Under the pieces are notes generated by a model. It saw nothing but the letters and a program-made list of their open reading frames with translations. It was not told the origin of the DNA and did no database searches. The position numbers were made by a program, and so were the translations under genes. Of a stretch of 64,000 nt of DNA, positions 23,303 through 35,989 are shown in pieces. Location of the stretch: assembly GCF_006345805.1 (NCBI RefSeq), contig NC_043014.1, positions 27,032,001-27,096,000 of the forward strand. Direction: 5' to 3'. Numbering within the stretch: position 1 is the stretch's first letter; every line of letters begins with the position of its first letter. This stretch comes from Octopus sinensis (Eukaryota).

Positions 23303-24479
23303 CACAAACACACACACACACAATATATATTTATACATTGAGTTATATGCTTATACAGGCACATACATACAAGCTTATATTCATGCACATGTTCTTACAT
23401 ACAAAATCACAAATACATGTAACAGAAAAGACCTTCTCTTTGATTCTTCCCAAACCTAGACCAGAAGCTAAAGTGATAAACACAAGCCCATCTTTTTCTT
23501 CAGTGAAAGCAGCCATTCCTAGGAAGTTCCAGTTTTACACATGAAATATTTGTTTAGCAACTAAAGATGAATGGAAATCAATAAAGGGGAAATGTTTCTA
23601 AGTTTAATCTCTCCTACTGTTGGGGAGGGATAGGTCTTGGTGAAAGTGTGATGGTGATTGAAAATGGTGGTGGTGGTAGTGGCGGTGGTGGTGGTGATGG
23701 TAGTGGTACAAGTAAGTGTTGATATTACAATCTGTGCAATACAAGATATGTGTGTATGGTACAGAGAGAGAGAGAGAGAGAGAGAGAGCATCTGTATGTA
23801 TGTATGTTTTTATGTATGTGTAATGTTTATATGCATGCATTATGTTTGTATTATGTATATTTGTAGGTATGTATATATGTATATGTTTGTGTGTACGTGT
23901 GTCTGTATGTTTGTGCGTATAATGTTTGTATGTATGTATATATGTTTGTATGTATGTGTGTAATGTTTATACGTATGTACTGATTACTCAGGTGAACTCA
24001 ACTCTGTATTTTACCCTATTCTGCTAAAATAAATATTAACAAATTCATCAATGTTTCCATTATACTATTTTTGTTTTGTTTGTTTTTCGCATTTATTTTA
24101 TCCATTTTAGTTTCTTGTCTTCTTTTCCTTAGCATTTTCCCCTTCCCTTCTGAACCCTCATCATCCTCATCCTTATTTAGGTCTACATATCTTTGATAAT
24201 ACCATCACCACCACTGCTACTGCCACCACTACAACAACGGCCACCATCATCACCACTACTACTACTTCATTAGCATTATCAGCACCACCACCATCACTAC
24301 CACAACCAACACTGCCACAAACGTTATCATCATCATCATCATCATCATCATGTTCATTACCTATGAAATATACCCGAAACTTTTAATGGCAGTGAAGCCC
24401 CCACACTTGAAACACACTAGGGTTACACACACTAGGGTTCAACTATGTAAACATATCTACCACCTCCAGCCACCATCCC

Positions 24480-24580
24480 CACCACTGCACCATCACCACC
24501 ACCACCATCACCACCACCATCACCACCACCATCACCACCACCACCATCACCACCACAACCATAACCACTACTGCCAGCAC
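24480..24580. repeat. (CAC/CAT)n tract
   Basis: Direct reading; gives the poly-His pseudo-ORF. Confidence 0.9.
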
Positions 24581-25439
24581 CAGCACACTACATGTGTCCC
24601 CTATATACTTCCATTTACACAAACACAAACACCTACTGATGCATAAATTAATACACTTATATGTATTTACAAGAAGACAAAAACTCAGATGCTATGAAAT
24701 ACCGTAATTCATATGTATAGTTATCTGTATTTATCTATCTGCATGTGTGTGCGTGTGTGTATATGTGTGTACACATACATGCTCACACACATACACTCAC
24801 ACACTTTAATGGTGACCAATTGAAGAAAATGTAGTCAATTCTCAAAGTATGATATAAGGAATTTCATTTGGTCAGTGAAAACTAAAACTAATTGGAACTG
24901 TAATTTCCATCAGTTGCGACATTTGAATTCTGAGTCAGCCATATGGTTAAGCAAAATAAGCACATCCTTAAGTCACTGAGGGAAGGAGGACACCACAGAA
25001 ATTGTAAATGACCTACAGCACAAAAGAAATCACTTTAAACTTGCTAAATAATATTTGAAGAAGTTTATATGATCAGAAATATAATTCTGAAGTGTTCATA
25101 GTGAGGATCTGATCAAAGTCTTTTCAATTAAAAACATAGGCCACTCATGCCAGCATGGAAGATGGGTGTTAAACAATGATGATGATGATGATGAAATAAA
25201 GTGGATATATGTACAAAAATAAACATTATTTTCTGTCTTACTGCTATTTTTGTTTTGTTTCATTTTAAAAAGTAAAAACTCATTTTATGGCTTATAATTG
25301 CTTATATTTTGAATTGCATATATATATGGGGCACCAAAATCTTTTAAGTGCTTGGAGCCTCCATGGGTCTTAATCTGGCCCTCAGTTAAAGGCATATTTG
25401 TTAGGTGTGCTGCAGGCCTTCAACCAAACTGGTCAATGA

Positions 25440-26145
25440 GGATCCTTATATTTATTGTGTTTATTGTACCTGTGCAACTTCCACACCCAAAAACTGTTAA
25501 CCTTTCTCTGATATTGCTATACCTCTTATGTGTCCATAGCTTACACTGGGTACATCTTATAGAGTTTCTACCAACACCTTTTCTACACATCAAGCAGGGC
25601 CATCTACCTGAAGGGATTTGTGGTTTGTCTGCTTTCCTACTTACTACAACTTTGGTTTTTACTAGATTAACTGTAAGGTCCTTTGATTCTAGATCTTGAT
25701 TCCACACCCGAAATTTCTTCTCTAGTTCCGATAGTGACTTGGCTATAAGAGCAAGTTCATCAGCATAGAGGAGCTCCCAGAAGCAGCCCATCTGCTATTG
25801 CCTGGAGGACTATGATGAACAAAAGGGAGTGCTGAGGTCTGAGCCTTGGTGGACCCCTACTTGTACCCAGAGTTCATTGCTAATCTTTACCTTACTGACA
25901 GCATCCCTGTACATGGCTTGTACAGCTCTCTCCAGCCACTCATCTATCCCTAGTTTTCACACTGACCACCAGATAGGGTAGCAGTGGACTCTGTCAAAAA
26001 CTTTCTCCATGTTGACAAGAGCTATGTACAGGAGTTTATTTTTGGCTAGATATTTTTCCTGCAATTACCTAACCAGGAATATAACATCAGCCATGTTCCT
26101 TCTTGGCACAAATCCAAACTGCATTTCATCTACACTAACTCTCTT

Positions 26146-26146
<1 letters not shown>
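25440..26146 (-). mobile_element. RTE LINE RT fragment
   Basis: WELLYADELALI...GRWPCLMCRKGVGRNSIRCTQCKLWTHK; 5' end abuts (TA)n. Confidence 0.9.
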
Positions 26147-26221
<75 letters not shown>

Positions 26222-26458
26222 GACATGCCATAAAGTGGTTGGCATTAGGAAGAGGATCCAGCCAAATCAGACTGGAACCTGATGCAGCTCTCCTTCCTGC
26301 TTGCCAGCTCTGGTCAAACTATCCAACCCATGCCAGCTTGGAAAACAGCCATTAAAGGATGATGATGGTGATGGTTATGTGTGTGTGTGTGCATGCAATT
26401 ATTTGGACTTTGGGTATAAGTCTAGTAGTATACTGATTAGAGCACTTTCACTATTTAG

Positions 26459-26528
26459 GCAACATGATGCCATCCAGTTGTGATATAATTGTCACTGGAT
26501 CTACATCAGGAACTCCACTGTTCATTGA
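26459..26528 (+). CDS. Weak candidate exon (NMMPSSCDIIVTGSTSGTPLFI)
   Basis: TTTCACTATTTAG acceptor, GA|GTGAGG donor, open frame with a stop just past the donor; the - strand has an RT-like SGVP word, so it may be a LINE relic. Confidence 0.2.
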
Positions 26529-27559
26529 GTGAGGGAAGTAGGAAATGGATTTAGCAAGAATCTGTTTACAACACAACAATTGTTTTGACCTATCCTGCAT
26601 CTGTCCTTTATGGATGGGATATTGTACAGCTAGTTGTATTGCATCTATCAAAGCAGGCTGTACTTTGTCAAGTGTTTAATATAAATAAGATACCTCACTA
26701 CATATACTGAGTTTTGCTTGGCATGTTTTGGTCACCTGTAGTGTAGCCAACATACTACAGCTGTAAGTAGTTGTAAGTAAGTGTTGCTGACCTTCATTTC
26801 CAGTCTTCTGCAAAAATGTTTCTGGCTTTGTTTGGAAATAGATGAGGGTTGGTGACAGGAAAGGCATCTGACCATAGAAAATCCACCTCAACTAATTGCA
26901 ATTTTCACTGGCATGGAAAAGTGGCTTTGAAATGATGATGATGATGATAGCTGGTAGCAGCAGAAACAGCTGCAATGTGGCAGTGTGACTGCATGGTGGT
27001 GGGAGTGGTAATGGTGGTGGTGGTGGTGGTGGTGGTGCATCTACAAAAACTTACTTCAACCATACATATACACACACATATATATTCATTAACATTTATA
27101 GAAATATACCAGTGCTCTTAGAAGGGTATGACACATATTTCTATAAATATAAAACACACACCCAAAAAATGTATGTTCAGAGATCTATGTTTTATGCATA
27201 TACATACATTCACACACACACACACGCCCCCCCCCCATACGCGCACAAACAAACATGACCAAATTGTATTGCTTTTGCTTTGTTTGGATATGTTTCTTGT
27301 CATTATTAGTGGTAAATTTTATAAATGTGGGTGAGACCTGATTTAGTCATGCATGCATTAGTTAACGTAAACAAATTAAGTGTCCTGTTTGTATGGAATG
27401 TGGGGCAAGCTATGCATAAGTATATAAGGTTTCATTCATATCTAATATTCACCAAAATAGTGACACAGAACACATCAAAGCAAGACAAAGCTCTTACACT
27501 TGTACACATGTCATGTTTGCAAGAAAAAGCACAAGATATAAGCAAGATTCAAGAATTAC

Positions 27560-28260
27560 CATAAATTCACATTGGAACTCAGTCCCAAACAGGTTGATAA
27601 CATGAAGTAGAAGATGTCAGAGGTGAATATGTGAGAGGATCTTGCTGGAGTTATCCAGAAGAGAGATTCCCTTGCTGTTGCCACACTCTGCACAGTTTCC
27701 TTTGTGTTGGTAGATTGTAACAATATTGGAGAGTTTCCACCAAGAAGAAACAAGGAGTGAATATAGGATGTGAAGTGAAACCCACCATACTTGTAGATCT
27801 CATCTGGGATTTCCTCATTGTCGGGAGGAGGCGTCTTGTTTTTGAGGCTACAGATGACTCAGTAAGTGTTGGGGGTTGTCAAACTCTGTCAGGATAGGAA
27901 GATCTGGAATTTCCTCAAGTGCTGCAAGTTCTGTTGGGTTGATCTGATTCAAAGATTCTTGAAACCGTTCAGTCCACCTGTAAAGTTTCAAGTTTTTTTT
28001 TTCTTTCAGTAAGGTGCCACTGAATGATCTCATCAGAGCAGTCACCTTTCTGCATAGGTCAAAGATACTCTTAATTGAGTCATAGAATTGATAAGTTTTG
28101 TTCCTGTCTGAAAAATGTTAAATTTCTTCTGCTTTTGGAGCCACCAATCGGTTTGAACATTCCTGATGACACATTGTGCAGTGGCACAAGCATCCTTCTA
28201 CTTTGGACAGAAATTCGCAGAGCCCAGGTTGGCTAGAACAGTATCATAAGGCTTGTTCTT
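27560..28260 (-). mobile_element. Old RTE (BovB-like) ORF2 relic
   Basis: RSFSGTLLKEKK...RWTERFQESLNQ, EIYKYGG, IVTIYQHKGNCAECGNSKGISLL: RTE linker and RT N-terminus, with many stops. Confidence 0.7.
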
Positions 28261-28671
28261 CTCAACCAAGAGACAATTAAGCTTATAGAATTCTTCTTTT
28301 TGATCCAGTTTGCCAAAGTAAAAAATAAAAAGGAACATCTTGGTAAAAGGAGAAGAAAAAAGAAAAGCAATTGTCCTTCACTCAGTTTATTTCATGGCTG
28401 AGTAGTTAAGCAAAAGAATGAACATCCAGCTATAAAAGTCAACTGACTCATCACCTGCCTCAAGTAAATCATCTCACTTATGTATATGTATGTGTATGCA
28501 TGTGTGTGAATTTATGTATACATGTAAATGCATGTGTGTGTATGTGTGCGTGTGTGTGTATGCATGTGTGTCTGTGTGTGTGTAGCATGTGTGTATATGT
28601 GATGTGTGTGTGTGTGCATGTGTGTGGTCATATATATATGTTTGTGTCTGTGTATATCTGGGTCTGTGTGT

Positions 28672-28723
<52 letters not shown>

Positions 28724-28770
28724 AAGAAGAAGAAGAAGAAGAAGAAGAAGAAGAAGAAGAAGAAGAAGAA
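28672..28770. repeat. (TAG)n(AAG)n microsatellite
   Basis: Direct reading. Confidence 0.95.
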
Positions 28771-29754
28771 GATGACTCCACATAGTTTTTAATTTCTGGA
28801 ATAATTAATGTTTGGATTTTATTCTACATAGTTATTTATTTTATAATTATCTTACAGAATCATTTCCTGTCAACTAGGGTAATTGATATAATGGTTTTTA
28901 TTCCATATATATGTACATGTATGTGATTCACTTATTGTTGTATGAACAATATTAATAACTTGTTCTTACTTAATATATCCAAGAATATTTAGTTCGACAC
29001 ACTTTAACTACTATTGGATGTGTCAAATATGTCACAGTATATCGAGTACATTGAAGAATATCAAGTATATCAAAGTGTATCATATAAATATCACAATACT
29101 TCATGTTAGATGTATCAAGTATATCACAGTATATCAAACATATCAATGAATGTACAGTGTATCATTATCATATATTATCCTGTTATTCACATCTTGTACT
29201 GAGAGTACTTATGCTTATATACCACAACAGTAGATTTTAACTGTCATGAACTGACTGTATTTATTCTCTTTCATCTCCTTCTTCCACTGTTTCCTCATTT
29301 TTTTTTGTGTTTTTTAGTGTTTCCAAGGTCCATTCACTGATGTTATTGTTTTCATTTTTCATTGCAATGCCTTCTGATATTTTGAAATGAACCATTGGTC
29401 ACAGAATCAACATTGAAGCTGTAGTGATAGTTCTTGTCCCAGAAATCATTATTGAGCTCTTACCTTTGTTATAGTTCGTTCTTTCTTTTTTCCCTCTTTT
29501 TACTTTAGACATGACTCTTTCTCTACATGCTTACCATCAGTTCTCATGGTTTTCAGGTACTTTTCTCAGTTATCAGACTGTATTCTGAATAAGGACATGA
29601 TCTTCTTGGAACCAGAATAACATTTCTTAGCTACAAATACCTTGTAAAAGCAATGCTAGACACAAAAATACCCAAAATAAATTCTGTACGTTGAGATTAC
29701 AGAAGGTCACTGCTTAAAGGCCACTCCTAAAGGAATGTGCAAACTATTACATAT

Positions 29755-29945
29755 TCTTTTATTTGTTTTAGTAATTTGCCTGTGGCCATGCTGGAGCACC
29801 ACTTTTTGTTAAGCAGATCACCCCCAGGACTTATTCTTTGTAAGTCTAGTACTTATTTTATTAGTCTCTTTTGCTGAGCCACTAAGTTACACACACCAAC
29901 ATTAGTAGCCAAGCGATGTTGGCGGGGACTAAGATAGACACACAA

Positions 29946-30006
<61 letters not shown>

Positions 30007-30137
30007 ACAGGCTTCTTTCAGTTACCATCTACCAAATCCACTCACACGGCTTGCCTGAGGCTATTGTAGAAGTACCTGGAACCATGTGGCTGATAAACAA
30101 GCTACTTACTACACAGCCACACAGCTCTTCCTGCACC
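29755..30137 (-). mobile_element. SINE family A
   Basis: Reverse copy with internal CA/TA tract. Confidence 0.85.
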
Positions 30138-31171
30138 TATATAATAAAGTCATTTTTATTTATTTTAATGTTTTTAAAAATTACTTGGACGAAACGGATC
30201 TTTTGATTCTATACCTTTAGCTCTGTTTTGTGTAATGTTATAAAGTATTTGTTTATTCATATGACCATTTTGCCATCATGTGGTTTCCAATCAATAACTA
30301 CTCCTTGATATATTGGGGAAGTGCCCTTCTATCATAGTCTCACACTGACCCAAGTCTCAGGAAATTTGATCGATGAAAACTGTCTAGAGACCTGTCATAT
30401 GGACTGCACCTGCCATTGAACTGTCAGGGTCCACTTTATTGCAATGATTCAAACCAAGTCTCTAATTTGAACATCTATCATTTTCCATCTAACCTCAGAA
30501 CCCTTTTGCAAATGTTATGAGTATTGCTCATCTTCCCTCCCCTAAACCATGAAAGGAAAATACATATTTCCATCGCAACAATATATTTTATATATTTTAT
30601 AATCTTTGAGAATTATCTGTTTAATTTCTAATTTAGCTATTAAATGTCACATTATCTATGTTTTTGCATTTTTATTGACCATATGAGACAATGCAGCTGG
30701 CTGTAGATGTAGTGTAGTGTAGTGATGATTTTTTTGCATATATGTGTAAACGATATAAAGTTGTCTGGTTGCTATATCACAGTATGTTAAAGATATTATA
30801 GAATATCAACTTTAACATAGGGTCATGAGTTCAGGTCTGTTGCTGAGTAGAACACTTTGTTGTCTCTCTTTACCTATCTCATGTAGTTAGTGTGAAATAA
30901 TGACAGTGCCCCTTCATAGTCACACAAGCTACTAGATTTGCTGTCAAATTTCCCTCCACTCTTAGAAAAAGGACAGTCCTGGATATATAATTCCAGAAAA
31001 AAGAAGACATTATGGTCATACCTCAGATGTCATTGATCATAGATCTGTTTGATCTGGACTGATTAGGGACGAATCAACAACAAACACAGGTTACAGATCA
31101 ATCCATATCAGAAACCAATAACGGTCTTAATTATTTATTTATTATTTTTCTTTTATTGGTTTGTTCTGTAG

Positions 31172-31212
31172 AATGGTGCTAACCTCAAAGTTTTGCAGGT
31201 GCTCAAAGACAA
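31172..31212 (+). CDS. Candidate 41-nt internal exon (NGANLKVLQVLKDK or MVLTSKFCRCSKT)
   Basis: Long pyrimidine tract ending TTGTTCTGTAG; donor AA|GTGAGA; no TE similarity noticed. Confidence 0.3.
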
Positions 31213-32319
31213 GTGAGATCAATATAGTTAACTTCCATTGAAACCAAACTCTGGTTCTGATTACCAACTGCATGAAATGGCTGACATGCAACAACTACCT
31301 CACATAACTAAATCATCCACTACTATACCATTTGTTGAATTGCCTGTTAAATATAGAAAGTTATAGAATCTAAGAGAAAATTCACATTAAGATTAGATAC
31401 CTTAACTCACTTCCATTCCTCCCAGCTCAGAAAAAAATATCAATTTAACAACACGGTAGAGAAGAGTTGTTGTATACATCACCAATCAATCAACCCTACT
31501 TTCTTCTAACTCTCCTGAGAATGTTTAATCTCTGCACTATAAATCACTAAATTGCTTGTTATTATTTAGTTTGGTTTTACTCCAAGTTGATGTCTCTGTC
31601 ATCCCCGCCCCCGTTTGCATCTCCATAGCTACTACTGTTTGATCAAGTATTAATTAAGTGATATGACAACAATGATGATGACAATGATTATGGGTTGGGT
31701 TGGGGGGGGTGCAGGGATGGTTGTGGTAATGTGATGATAGATATGAGAACAAGAAGCAGAATGTTGATACACACGCACATACATATATGTATGTGTATGT
31801 GTGTATATATATATATATATATAAAACATTGATTAGAGAACAAACATCAAATTCAAGTCAATGACTTTATATAGCATCACGCTTCCATACATTTGATCAT
31901 ATAAAAACATTAGCATGGCCTTCAACATACAAAAGGAATATATACATAAAAGTACAGAAGGTAAAAAATACACATGCACATAAAAATACAAAATATATAG
32001 AACAGCCTGTCAAGAAAAGGTATATACATTTGACTAAAAACAAATTACTAAAACGTGTCAAGTGACTAAGAACTTTAAAAAATATACCAATCCGCTAAAA
32101 AACTTTTTTACTCCCCTCAATTAAAAATATGTCAAGAAGTCTAAGGAGCATAAGAGAATTCCACAAAATCAAGTCAAAACACATCTATGGCTATTTCAGG
32201 AGTTCACTGTCGTGGCCCGATTATGAGTTAAAGTGCATCTCAGCAAAGACCCCCTCATCAGGAATCTCAACAATTAGTCAGTCACATACACACATGCTCA
32301 CACACACACACATGCACAC

Positions 32320-32386
<67 letters not shown>

Positions 32387-32736
32387 GTGTATTTGGGCAT
32401 CTAGCTGTAAAAACCATGCCAAACACACAGTGAAGCTTGGTGAAATAGGCTTGCCAGCCCCTGTCAAACTATCCAACCCTAGCCAACATGGTAGATGGAC
32501 ATCAAATGATGATGATGATCATGATCATGATGAGGATGTAGATGATGATAATGATGATACACATACATACATGTAAGCAAGTGCAAATGTAGACACAAGG
32601 ATTTATTACTAATTGTGCATATCCATATTTGTATCCATTTGTCTATCCATCTCTCTGTCTATTTATCTCAGTATATATAATATATAACTCTAAGTATAAT
32701 ATATAACTCTGTGTATATATATATACATATACACAC

Positions 32737-32887
32737 ACTGTGTACCTCCGCTTATTTGCAGTTCAGTATTCATGGTCCCAGTTATTCATAGAATGAATAA
32801 TTGTTTCTGGAAACCACGGTATATTTGCAGAATTGTAAATATCATGCACAATATTTTATGATTTCTTTCATGGCAATATCTCTCTCC

Positions 32888-32927
<40 letters not shown>

Positions 32928-33710
32928 TCCCTGTGGTAATACAAACTAAATTTTTCAAAACCATGATTATTTTTAATCTCTGCTCAATCTCCCATTGGTG
33001 ATATGTGTATATTAGGTGCAAGGAAGATTATTTTGTATGTGTTTTGGGGAATAACTGCATCCAGTAGCTATAGCATATTATTAAAGGCCTAAGATGCCAC
33101 CCAAACACCCTACACCTTCTAAGGCTTCTGGCAGTGAACCTAAACGCCAGAAAAAGGTTATGGTGTTCCATGAGAAGTTACAACTGCTGGATATGCAGGT
33201 AAAAGTTATGCTACAGAAAATCTCTGTTATGATGTCAATGAATGCACTATATGTTACATGAAGAAGAACAAGGTAGTGATCAGGTCTACTGTAGCAGTAA
33301 GTTTCTGTGAAAGTGCCAAAAAGATAATGACAGTGAGAAATAAGCACTTGGTCAGGATGGAATCTACCTTGGCATTGTGGATCAGTAACTGCAAGAAGGA
33401 AAACATTCCTTTGAGTGGTAACATCATCTGTGAGAAAACGTGGAAATTATACCAGCAGTTCGACAGAGGAGACGGAGCAGAAGGAATTGAAGAACTGCAA
33501 CCAAGACCATTGACAGCACCGGAGCCCAAAGATTTTCAAGGCAGCAAGGGACAGTTTGACCGTTTCCAGAAACAGTTTAAATAAAGCATGGAGAGACAGC
33601 ATCAGCTGTCAAAGAAGCCACCAAGAAGTACTTTGAGACCATCAGGCAGTTCATCAAGGACAAGAGATACAAGCCGGAACAGATTTTCAACATAGACGAG
33701 ATTGAAGTTT
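32737..33710 (+). mobile_element. Tigger/pogo-type transposon relic (CENP-B HTH and start of DDE)
   Basis: MPPKHP...KRQKKVM..HEKLQLLDM; WISNCKKENIPLSGNIICEK; GSKGQFDRF; GETASA...YKPEQIFNIDE; left TIR-like CTGTGTACCTCCGCTTATTTGCAG; 3' truncated. Confidence 0.85.
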
Positions 33711-33959
33711 TATTTGAATATGTTGATAATTACTCCATACAGATTACTTATATTTTGTGGGATGATATTGAAGATCTATAATTTCTTTGAATCCTATGCT
33801 TTTTCAGTGACAACTAGGTAAGACTGAGGAATTGTACTGCTTCAAGTACCAAAGTTTTGTGTTATTCCTTCTAGGAGCTTTCAAATGTAGATTATTTTGT
33901 ATCTTTCTTTTCTTTGATATATTCCATGCAGAATTTTGATCATCTTTTTTTTAATGTAC

Positions 33960-34320
33960 TGTTTGTTAACTTCACTTGACTTCAATTTCTCAAAAAGGAA
34001 AATCGTACAGCCACTCTCCTAGATTTTCAACTCAGCCAAAGTCACTTAGTTTGCAACATACCCTGGAATCAAATTTATCAAAATCATTCACAAAGTAGTG
34101 GCATACCACTTTATATTTAATTGGTTCAACGACTACTTCAGTATCTAGCTATAACGATGCAGAGACTGCCTAAAGCAGCTTCTAACTGGGTGAAAACTGT
34201 TCTGAGTATCACTTAGCAAGTCATTCTCCTCTGTGAAATGCAATGAATTTCTTTTTAAGTACACCTTGCTGATATCTGAAATTAAGAAAGATAGGTCTGT
34301 AATTTTTAGCATCAGCTCTG
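33960..34320 (-). mobile_element. CR1-like RT relic
   Basis: ISDISKV...EENDLLSDTQNSFHPVRSC...ENLGEWLYDF, resembling LLSDTQHGFRPGRSC. Confidence 0.7.
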
Positions 34321-35989
34321 TTTCCATGCATATGGATATGACTTATTGGCAGTTGTTGGGGGTTGCAGTATTTTTTGCATTTGAAGAGAAAAGTCAATTT
34401 TGTGAGTCAGTTATGATATGTTAAGGTTATGCATTTTCCACAAAACATCTTCAGTGATGGTGAGACTTAGGCCTTGTGTTTGAACTGAATATAAGGTTCT
34501 AGTTGGATGCTGTTCATCGTTAGGGAGAGGGGAGGCACAATAATTTTGTCTTCCTATATGCTGTGATTATGTCTTTTTGCTGTTGAAAGACAAAATATGC
34601 TTAAGTTCCACAGGCAGATGCTTTTACAGTTTTTTATATTATAAGGGAAGTGGTGACAAATATGTTGTGATACTTATGCTTTTTTCCATATGCATTATGT
34701 AAAGTTGTATCAGCAACATAAAGACATAATTAATGCTAAACTAGATGAAAGGCACAATCTAGTTTTGGCAAGATTTTAACTCATGGATGGTTAAAACCAC
34801 TAAGTTGCTAAATTATGACAAAACACAACAAAGAAAATAAAATAAATTCTGCATATTTTAGGAGAAGGAAGGAGAATGGAAAACATAGGAAGTTATGAGA
34901 TATAAGCCTTTCCATATGACAATAACATAATAAGTAAATAAACTTCAACCTAGAATTAACCACAAAGACATACGCACACACATACACACACACACACACA
35001 CACACAAGTACACACAAACACACACACAAATACACACACATACATATATAAATAATCAGAAAATGGAGAAAACCTCAGATTAACAAGCACATCGAATGGA
35101 CCACATTTATAGCTTATTTTTTAATACAAAGCATGACATAAAATAGGTGACGTAACATATCTTACAGCTGTTTCTGATCGGTTACCAAAATGCTGTCTGT
35201 AAATAAATAAATAAATAGTCAGTTATTATAACCACTAACTCTGCTTACAATTTTTATATATATATATATATAATATATATATATATATATTATATATATA
35301 TATATATATAAAAATAAATATATATATATATATAAACACACACACACATACGTAAAGTTACTTTCTTTACCATAAGATGTAATACCATAACTTATGAATA
35401 TTACCATACTATTTTTTATTATTGTATTATTTTATTTTATTATTTTATCTTACTTCCTCATATGTTAGATTCTTAACATTATGGTCTCTGCATTGAAGCT
35501 TTGGGGCTCTATTATTGTCCAACTACTGTCCAATGTTTGTTCAGCCTTTGTACAATCCCTGTATATTACTGATATGATGTGGAAACCTTGGCAAGTTGGA
35601 AACCCACCAAAGTAGAATCAGCTGTAAGAGTTTAGTATTTTTCACTCATTTTTTCTTATTCATTTATTTATTTTTATTTATTTACTTGTTTATTTGCTTA
35701 TTTATTTTAAATACTTATACATATGATTGTAATTAATTAAAACATAGAACCAAATGAATGTTTACAGGCTGATGTTTGTCGATTGACTATCCTCTCCATT
35801 TTCTTATTTGCCTTATAAATTCTGGGTAAATTTCTGTTTTACCCCAACTCATACCTATTATTCAATTGCGCTACTGCCCTGCAACAGTAAGCATTTAGAT
35901 ATAAATACATAGGTATACATCAAGTAGTATATTTGATATTTATTATCCCTTAGATGGCTGTTTAACCTCTAACTCATACTCACACACAC

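Noticed and set aside
23420-23545. Protein-like frames on both strands (MAAFTEEKDGLVFITL / KTFSLILPKPRPEAK)
   Set aside because: Cannot choose a strand; splice sites weak; no recognisable family.
25325-25385. Single hAT-like terminus (rc CTGAGGGCCAGATTAAGACC)
   Set aside because: No partner TIR or TSD found.
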